From Candidatus Proruminimicrobium quisquiliarum (GTDB lineage Bacteria > Elusimicrobiota > Endomicrobiia > Endomicrobiales > Endomicrobiaceae), in the NCBI GenBank assembly GCA_018433245.1, contig JAHDRN010000019.1, positions 3,622 to 67,621 on the forward strand: a stretch of DNA of 64,000 bases, given 5' to 3'. Under the pieces are notes generated by a model. That model searched no databases. It saw only the letters and a list, made by a program, of their open reading frames with translations, and was not told the origin of the DNA. This document shows, piece by piece, positions 57,303-64,000 of this stretch; within the stretch, counting starts at the first letter, position 1, and every line of letters starts with the position of its first letter. Both the position numbers and the translations under genes were made by a program.

Positions 57303-57447
57303 TTGCCGTGGGTCAAACACCCACAGTTGTTGCCTTTAAAGGCTATAATGCAAAAGTATTGCCCCGTGCGGAACATCCACACAAGCTTTTTGAATTAAAA
57401 ATTAATAAGTTGATTAGTCTTGTTTTGATTAAACTTTGAAAAAGTTA

Positions 57448-59643
57448 CTATTTAAATTCTTCTTTGGCCAACTCCCCAATCGTCACATAATCGGTCTTCC
57501 CGTTGCCCATAAGATACATCTGTTCTATAATTTTTATTTTTTTAGGAATGAACAATTCGCTTAAACCCTGTTTTTTAAATTCGGCGCCTATTTCGCTAAA
57601 AACGGTATTCGGTCTTGTGGTATATAAAACAAGCTGCTCGCCTTTTTTGGGGTCTGGAACCGCCACTACGGCATGCTCAAAATCAGGCCATAATTTTAAA
57701 ATAGCCGTTTCAACAGCCGCAAGCGAAACCATTTCGCCCGCGATTTTTGCAAACCTCTTTGCCCTTCCTTTTATCGCTATATAACCTTCGTTATCTATTG
57801 TTACAATGTCGCCCGTATCATGCCAGCCGTCTTCAAGAGGCTGTATTACGCCGGGCTTGTCTATTTTCATATAACCTACCATTACATTTTTGCCTTTTAT
57901 AAAAAGTCTTTTTCCTTCTTTTACGCCCGGCACTTCTTCAAGCCTTGTTTCTATGCCGACAAGAGGTCTGCCGACGGTGCCGTATTTGTAATACATATTT
58001 GTGTTTACGGCTATAACCGGAGAAGTTTCGGTAACGCCGTATCCTTCCCAGATTCTTACGCCGAACGTATTAAAGAAATTTTTTGCGGTCGCTTCTTTAA
58101 GTTTTTCCGCTCCCACAACCGCTATTCTGATTGAATAAAAATCGTAAGGATGGGCAGACTTTGCGTATCCGTTTAAAAAAGTATCCGTTCCGAACATAAT
58201 CGTTGCGTTTGAATCATAAATAAGTTCGGGGATAACGCGGTAATGAAGAGGAGACGGATACATAAAAGTTTTAATTCCGCTGAGAAGCGGCAAAAGCATT
58301 CCCCCCGTCAGTCCGAATGAATGAAAAACCGGCATTGCGTTAAAAAAACTGTCGGTTATGCCGAAATCAAGAATACTGCGTATCTGAAATATGTTTGCCA
58401 TAAAATTTTCATGGCTTAAAACTACGCCTTTTGGCACGCCCTCTGAACCTGAAGTAAATAATATAACGGCAGGTTTTTTTGGGTCATGTTTTTTACCCGA
58501 TGACTTTTTATAATACCAGCCGGGAAAAAAAGATGCAAAAAGACCGGTAAGTTTATCTTTAAGTTTTATCGTTTTTGCCAAATCTTCAAGATAAATAATA
58601 TTTACGCCCTCGGCTTTCATCGCGTTTACGACGTCGTGAAGGCTTCCTTTTTCTATAAATTCCCTTGAAGTGTAAACATTTTTAATGAGCGCCGTTTTGC
58701 AGCATGAGATCATATTTTTTACGCCAGTTGAAAAATTAAGCATCGCGGGCGTCAGCCCGAACGCCTGCATTCCCAAAAATACCGCCGTGCCGGCTATGGA
58801 ATTGGGAAGCATAAAACCGACGTAATCTTCTTTTTTATTTTGTTTTGCTATAAGTTTTCCGAGTATAAAAGAAACGGTAAAAAGTTTGCCGTAATTTACG
58901 GTTTTGCGGGACATATCCTCAAGAATTATCTTGCCGCGTCCTACAAGATTTTTTGCGTCTATAAAAGAATCAAAAAGAGTCTGGTCCCAGTTTACCGAAT
59001 TATAACGCATATTCGTCATAAGATCGTATAAGTTTCTCATGGCTTCTTTTCTGCGTTCTTCGCCTTTTAAGTTTTCCGCTATTTTAAGCCTTGTGGCCGG
59101 GAAAATATTTACCGTTATTTTACTTTTCGGACGGGTTTTTAAACTTCCGCCGAAATTGGAAAACATCAGATACTGGTTGCCTTCAATGCATACCGGTATT
59201 ATCTGCGCGTCGCATTTGTCGGCTATAATGGCGGAACCCGGATAAATTTTCATAAGTCTGCCGGTCGTAGTGATACGCCCCTCCGGAAAAATTACGACTC
59301 TGTTTCCTTTTTTTACTTCGTCTATTATAGATTTTACGGCCATAGGCTGAGCAGGGTCAATCTGATAAAATTTCGCAAGATGCAAAAACGGCTTAACGTA
59401 CCACTTTTTAGCTATCAAAGGATTTATGGCAAAATGCAGGTCTTCGGAAATGTAAGACCACAGAAAAAAAGCGTCAAGAAAAGAATTATGGTTTGCTATG
59501 ATAAGAGCGTTTCCCGAAGCGTTTTTAAAATTTTCAATGCCTTTTACTTCCACTTTGAAAATATAATTAAAAATTCCTCTCAATATCATTCTGACGATAT
59601 TGACCGGAAGAATTATCTGGAATATGTTTTTTTCGGCAGCCAT
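57448..59643 (-). CDS. aas: bifunctional acyl-ACP synthetase / lysophospholipid acyltransferase (Aas-type)
   Basis: N-terminal PlsC motif (NHNSFLDA...FPEGRIT) followed by an AMP-binding domain (TSGSEGVPKGV, GYGVTET, TGDIV). At 731 aa it is similar in size to E. coli Aas. Confidence 0.85.
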   Translation of the reverse strand: MAAEKNIFQIILPVNIVRMILRGIFNYIFKVEVKGIENFKNASGNALIIANHNSFLDAFFLWSYISEDLHFAINPLIAKKWYVKPFLHLAKFYQIDPAQPMAVKSIIDEVKKGNRVVIFPEGRITTTGRLMKIYPGSAIIADKCDAQIIPVCIEGNQYLMFSNFGGSLKTRPKSKITVNIFPATRLKIAENLKGEERRKEAMRNLYDLMTNMRYNSVNWDQTLFDSFIDAKNLVGRGKIILEDMSRKTVNYGKLFTVSFILGKLIAKQNKKEDYVGFMLPNSIAGTAVFLGMQAFGLTPAMLNFSTGVKNMISCCKTALIKNVYTSREFIEKGSLHDVVNAMKAEGVNIIYLEDLAKTIKLKDKLTGLFASFFPGWYYKKSSGKKHDPKKPAVILFTSGSEGVPKGVVLSHENFMANIFQIRSILDFGITDSFFNAMPVFHSFGLTGGMLLPLLSGIKTFMYPSPLHYRVIPELIYDSNATIMFGTDTFLNGYAKSAHPYDFYSIRIAVVGAEKLKEATAKNFFNTFGVRIWEGYGVTETSPVIAVNTNMYYKYGTVGRPLVGIETRLEEVPGVKEGKRLFIKGKNVMVGYMKIDKPGVIQPLEDGWHDTGDIVTIDNEGYIAIKGRAKRFAKIAGEMVSLAAVETAILKLWPDFEHAVVAVPDPKKGEQLVLYTTRPNTVFSEIGAEFKKQGLSELFIPKKIKIIEQMYLMGNGKTDYVTIGELAKEEFK

Positions 59644-62600
59644 TATTTTAAAATCCCTTTTGCGATTTCTATAAGTTTATTGTAATCCGTTTTTCCCGTT
59701 CCGACTATCGGTATATCGGCAAGAGTTTCAACCCTGCATGGAACGGTCAATTCCGCAAGCATTTTATCCTCAAATACTTTTTTAAGTTCCGAACACGTTA
59801 TGTTTGAAGCAGTGGTAAAAAGAACAATCTGTTTTCTTGCCCTGCTGTCGGCAATAACAACGATTGCATGTTTGCTTTGAGGATATGCTGCAGATATAAG
59901 AGTTTCAAGCTCGGTTAATGAAATATTTATACAGTTCATTCTTATGAATCTTTTTGTCGTGTCTTTTACAAAAACAAAGCCGTCTTCGTCCATATTTACG
60001 ATATCGCCGGTATCATACCAGCCGTCGGCAAGCGTTTTTGGAACCGATAAAACTCCGTCTTTTATATAACCGCTCATTACGTTTTCGCCTTTTACGTAAA
60101 GGCGGTTCCCTTCAAGATGAGGGGCTTCAACAAGCTTATACTCCATTGACGGCAAAAATCTTCCTACGCTGCCCGTTTTGAAATATATCGGCGTATTAAC
60201 TGCGACCGTGGAAGAAGTCTCCGTTGAGCCGTAAGCTTCAAAAACTCTTATGCCGAACCCGTCAGCCCATAAGTTTGCCGTTTCTTCCCTTAATTTTTCA
60301 ACTCCGGCAACCACAAACCTTATAAAATAAAAATCATACGGATGAGCCGATTTGGCGTATCCGTTTAAAAACGTGTCGGTTCCGAATATTACCGTTGAAT
60401 TTGTTTCGTAAACAAGCTCCGGCACTATTTTATAATGAAGAGGAGAATGGTACATAAAAACTTTTATTCCTCTTAAAAGAGGCAAAAACATACCGCCCAC
60501 TATTCCGAACGAGTGAAATATAGGCATTGTATTAAAGAAACTGTCCATAAGCCCGAAATCAAGAACGCTTGAAATCTGGTTTCTGTTTGTCTGTATATTT
60601 TTATGCGTAAGAGCTACCGCTTTCGGAGTGCCTTCCGCGCCTGAAGTATACAGAACGACGGCCGTTTTGGAATGATCTATATTTTTGTTTATTTTTTTAT
60701 AGTAATAAGACGGGCAATACGACATCATATAAGCAAAAAATTTGTCGGAAACCTTTAATTTTTTTTTCAAATCTTCAATATAAATTACATTTATGCCGTT
60801 ATCGGAAAGTTTTACGGCGAGCTCTTCAAGAGCCGACTCTTTTATAAATGCTTTTGACGTAAAAATATTTTTTGCGCCCGTATTATTTATATATTCTATT
60901 ATGCTTCCTACGCTGTTTGCATAATTAATCATACAAGGAATTCTGTTTACGGCCGATAAAGAAAAGAACAATTCAACGGTAGTTTTTGAATTCGGAAGCA
61001 TCAGGCCTATATATTCATTTTCTTTTGTTTTTCTTCGGATAAGTTTTGAAAATGCAAAAATGGCGCCTATCAGAGAACCAAGCGATATGGGCGTTCTGTT
61101 TATATCGTCAAGGATTTCTTTATTTCTGCCGACAAGCTTTACGGCCTTTATAAGAGAATCAAATACGGTATCTGTAGTTAAACTGCTTGCAAACTTCATT
61201 TCGCACATAATATCGTAAAGTTTTGTGACGGCAATCTGTCTTCTCTGTCCGTCCGGTATTTCACCGTCAATCCCGAGCTTTCTGGGCGGTAATACAGTAA
61301 GCGTAATTTTTCTCTGCCTTCTGCTTTTTACTTTGCTTCCGAAATACGAGAAATCCGAATATTGGCTGCCTTCTATACAAACCGGAAGTATATCGGCATT
61401 ACTTTTATCGGCTATAACGGCAGGACCGGGATAAATTTTCATAAGACCGCCGGTTGTAGTGATTCTTCCTTCCGGAAATATCGCCACTATTCCGCCTTTT
61501 TTAAGCTCGTCAACTATGGATTTTACGACCATAGGATTAGTAGGATCAATAGCAAAATACTTTATAAGTTTTAAAAACGGTTTTACCAAAATTTTGTTTA
61601 TACTGTCGGTATTAATTGCAAATGAAACTTTTTCTCCGAAAGTTGTTGATAAAATAATAGCATCCAATAAAGAAGTGTGGTTTGCAATAATTAAAGTTCC
61701 GCCTTTACATTTTTCAAAATTTTCAAATCCCTTTACGTTAACGGAATAAAAAAGAGTCAAAAATCTTTTTGTAATCGTTCTTAAAAGATGCGCCGGAAGA
61801 AGAATTGAAATATAAACGGCAACCGCGATGTTAAACAGCGCGATAAAGGCAAGAGTCGTGGGAATAGGAAGATTACCCAAAAACAAAATACATATAACGG
61901 CGGCGGCAAGCATAAAAAACACGTTTACAAAATTATTTACGGCAAGAACGCGCCCTCTTATCTTTCTGTTTGCCACAACCTGAAGCATTGTCATAAGAGG
62001 AACGATATATAAACCGCCGAAAACGGAAAATGCAAACAAATCAAATATTATTCTTATCCCCGAAAAAGTGGTGAATATTTGTTTTATCTGTATTGAAGTT
62101 TCCAGATTTACGGCATTTGCACATAAAGCCAAATCCACAATAAAAACTGTCATAAAAACAACGCTTATAGGAATGTGCTTTAATGTAAGTTCGCTTTTTA
62201 AAAGGAAATAACTCAGTAATGCTCCTACGGCTATACCTGCGGCAAACAATAAAATTAAAAACATATATATTGATTCGTTTCCGTGAAGAGCAACTTGTGC
62301 AAAAGCAGGCATTTGCGATACCAGTATAACCCCGATGAACCAAAACCATGATATTCCTAAAATACAAAGATAAACATCTCTGCTCTGTTTAAGAAAAGAT
62401 ATGTTTTCTACGGCTGCTTTAAAAATATTTTTTGAAATTTCCAGAGGTTTCTGTTGCGGTGCAGGTTTTAATTCCGGCAGAAAAAAAGCCGCAACAATCC
62501 CCAAAACCGCAATTGCGGCAAGAATTATAAAAAGAAGCGTCCTGTCTGACTGGTAAACGGCGCTTCCGGCTATTACTCCGGATATGATAGACAAGTATGT

Positions 62601-63056
62601 TCCGGCCTGTATCAAACTGTTTGCGCATATAAGTTCTTCATTTTCAAGAATTTCCGGAAGTATGCTGAATTTTACAGGGCTTAAAACGGCCGAAAGAATC
62701 CCGAGCAGGAACAACACAAAAAGAAGAATCCATATATTTTTAAAAACAAAACCCCAGAACGCCAAAAGCAAAACGGCAAACTGGAGAATTTTAACGATTT
62801 TCACTATAACGTCTTTTCTGTATTTATCGGTTATTTCGCCGGCTGTTGCCGAAAATAACAAAAACGGCAGCATAAAAACTGCCACCATAAGAGAAACAAT
62901 CAGGGATCTGCTTTTTTCGCTCAAAGAAATAAGGTCAAAAACTACAAAAGTCGCAAAAGCCGACCTGAAAAAATTATCGTTAAAAATACCGAGGAACTGC
63001 GCGGCATAAAGAGAAAAAAATGAACGGCTGAAAAAGACTTTAAGCAAATTTTTCAT
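59643..63056 (-). CDS. triple fusion: MFS lysophospholipid transporter (LplT-like) plus PlsC acyltransferase plus acyl-ACP synthetase
   Basis: About 400 aa of MFS TM helices, then NHTSLLDA...FPEGRIT, then TSGAEGTPKAV...GYGSTET...TGDIV. Its stop overlaps the start of the downstream aas paralogue (TAATG). Confidence 0.85.
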   Translation of the reverse strand: MKNLLKVFFSRSFFSLYAAQFLGIFNDNFFRSAFATFVVFDLISLSEKSRSLIVSLMVAVFMLPFLLFSATAGEITDKYRKDVIVKIVKILQFAVLLLAFWGFVFKNIWILLFVLFLLGILSAVLSPVKFSILPEILENEELICANSLIQAGTYLSIISGVIAGSAVYQSDRTLLFIILAAIAVLGIVAAFFLPELKPAPQQKPLEISKNIFKAAVENISFLKQSRDVYLCILGISWFWFIGVILVSQMPAFAQVALHGNESIYMFLILLFAAGIAVGALLSYFLLKSELTLKHIPISVVFMTVFIVDLALCANAVNLETSIQIKQIFTTFSGIRIIFDLFAFSVFGGLYIVPLMTMLQVVANRKIRGRVLAVNNFVNVFFMLAAAVICILFLGNLPIPTTLAFIALFNIAVAVYISILLPAHLLRTITKRFLTLFYSVNVKGFENFEKCKGGTLIIANHTSLLDAIILSTTFGEKVSFAINTDSINKILVKPFLKLIKYFAIDPTNPMVVKSIVDELKKGGIVAIFPEGRITTTGGLMKIYPGPAVIADKSNADILPVCIEGSQYSDFSYFGSKVKSRRQRKITLTVLPPRKLGIDGEIPDGQRRQIAVTKLYDIMCEMKFASSLTTDTVFDSLIKAVKLVGRNKEILDDINRTPISLGSLIGAIFAFSKLIRRKTKENEYIGLMLPNSKTTVELFFSLSAVNRIPCMINYANSVGSIIEYINNTGAKNIFTSKAFIKESALEELAVKLSDNGINVIYIEDLKKKLKVSDKFFAYMMSYCPSYYYKKINKNIDHSKTAVVLYTSGAEGTPKAVALTHKNIQTNRNQISSVLDFGLMDSFFNTMPIFHSFGIVGGMFLPLLRGIKVFMYHSPLHYKIVPELVYETNSTVIFGTDTFLNGYAKSAHPYDFYFIRFVVAGVEKLREETANLWADGFGIRVFEAYGSTETSSTVAVNTPIYFKTGSVGRFLPSMEYKLVEAPHLEGNRLYVKGENVMSGYIKDGVLSVPKTLADGWYDTGDIVNMDEDGFVFVKDTTKRFIRMNCINISLTELETLISAAYPQSKHAIVVIADSRARKQIVLFTTASNITCSELKKVFEDKMLAELTVPCRVETLADIPIVGTGKTDYNKLIEIAKGILK

Positions 63057-63107
63057 ATATTTTGTCGTGAGTTTTATTTTATAAAATTAACGTCTCAAAA
63101 ACAACAA

Positions 63108-63476
63108 TTATTTAACAATTTTTAAACTTATTCCGGGTTTGATTACGCTATTGTCGAAAGCGCCTGACGGCAGTTCAAGGATATGTTTTGTTTTTTTAAA
63201 AGACGCCGCCAATCTAAACGGTTTGACTCCGTAAAAAATTTCAACTATTTTATAATCTTCATCAAGGCATACGACGTCTATATTAAATTCCATAAAGAAT
63301 GTGTGTACAGAAGAGCATTTTTCAATCAAAAGACCGTATTTCCGGCTTTTAAACATCAATCCCGAAAATCTCTGCCAAAATGTTTTGGCCTCATAAATAT
63401 CGCAGGCGATTTCGCGTCCGCCGGCATATATTTTCATTCTATCCATTTTTTGCCGCATTATACGCGTTTTCGGCAT
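63108..63476 (-). CDS. DUF192 domain protein
   Basis: F.GLMF......GLL.....SVHTFFM.F..DV..LD pattern is typical of DUF192/COG1430. The true start may be an internal ATG (63437 or 63446), since 63476 overlaps lipA by 38 nt. Confidence 0.65.
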   Translation of the reverse strand: MPKTRIMRQKMDRMKIYAGGREIACDIYEAKTFWQRFSGLMFKSRKYGLLIEKCSSVHTFFMEFNIDVVCLDEDYKIVEIFYGVKPFRLAASFKKTKHILELPSGAFDNSVIKPGISLKIVK

Positions 63477-64000
63477 AATAAGAACTTCTTACATATCTTC
63501 CCGATACGCAGTTTTTTATACCTGATTCAATGACTTTATTTTTTAGATATTCAAATTCGGCGTCTTGGTAATGTTTTGCTATTTCAACGCTGCCTTTAGA
63601 CGGTTTTAAATATTGTCCGAGCGTTAAAATATCGCAGCCTATATTATTCAAATCACTCACCGTTTTTAACAGTTCTGATTCAGTCTCGCCAAGTCCCAGC
63701 ATTAAACCTGTTTTTATAAGAAATCCCTTTTGTTTTGCATATTTTAAAATATCAAGCGATCTTTGATACTGCGCATTTTTACGGTATTTGTATAAAGAGG
63801 CGACAGTTTCAATATTATGCGAAAAAACGTCAGGCCCCGCAGATAAAACAGCGTCAACTGATTCGTGAGAGCCTTGAAAGTCAGGCACAAGAACTTCTAT
63901 TTTGACGTCGGGGATTTTTTTGATTTCTTTTATGACAGATACGAAATGGGATGCTCCTCCGTCGTTTAAATCGTCTCTTGTAACGGAAGTTATTACGACA
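63439..64000 (-). CDS. lipA: lipoyl synthase, C-terminal part (gene continues beyond the right edge)
   Basis: VITSVTRDDL.DGGA..F...I..IK...P...IEVL.PDF.G and NIETV..LY..R..A.Y.RSL..L are LipA-specific. The reading frame stays open to position 64000. Confidence 0.9.
   Translation of the reverse strand, partial: VVITSVTRDDLNDGGASHFVSVIKEIKKIPDVKIEVLVPDFQGSHESVDAVLSAGPDVFSHNIETVASLYKYRKNAQYQRSLDILKYAKQKGFLIKTGLMLGLGETESELLKTVSDLNNIGCDILTLGQYLKPSKGSVEIAKHYQDAEFEYLKNKVIESGIKNCVSGRYVRSSYYAENAYNAAKNG

Noticed and set aside
57161-57398. Two mutually overlapping ORFs (73 aa minus, 77 aa plus; the plus one is Cys-rich with CELC...CATC)
   Set aside because: No RBS, and they overlap each other almost completely. 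They coincide with hairpin/repeat sequence shared with other intergenic regions. Treated as non-coding, though a small zinc-ribbon peptide cannot be fully excluded.

Overview
AT-rich chromosomal segment (GC judged by eye at mid-30s percent, not computed) from a diderm bacterium; TolC, a secretin, lipoproteins and Flp/type IV pilin-like genes are present. Phylum cannot be assigned from the sequence alone. About 60 densely packed genes, many with overlapping stop/start codons. The left half is mostly minus-strand housekeeping. It holds a glycan operon with two radical SAM genes, tRNA-Pro, cls, trpB2 plus a short pyruvate kinase, PBP1A, mutS-pilZ-mutL, miaB, rfbA, a UDP-xylose synthase, an orphan Flp/Tad module, gcvT, lpd and proS. 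The right half is plus-strand accessory/homeostasis genes: znuACB-zur, a ZIP transporter, a triple Hsp20 cluster with a CIRCE-like operator, and a TetR-TolC-HlyD-ABC2 efflux operon. It ends with tandem aas-type acyltransferase/acyl-ACP synthetase genes and lipA. Two segments look foreign, being more AT-rich with no recognisable families. (i) A 3-gene HNH-containing cassette lies next to tRNA-Ser (29.2-31.5 kb). (ii) A cargo stack lies downstream of the ABC-2 permease (51.8-57.4 kb), where the permease 3' end occurs three times. It carries two secreted serpin-like paralogues and an orphan membrane-protein cassette. These two segments, plus a PilZ gene translationally coupled into the mismatch-repair operon, are the best candidates for something undescribed. 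All functional calls rest on motif recognition by eye; no database search was run.
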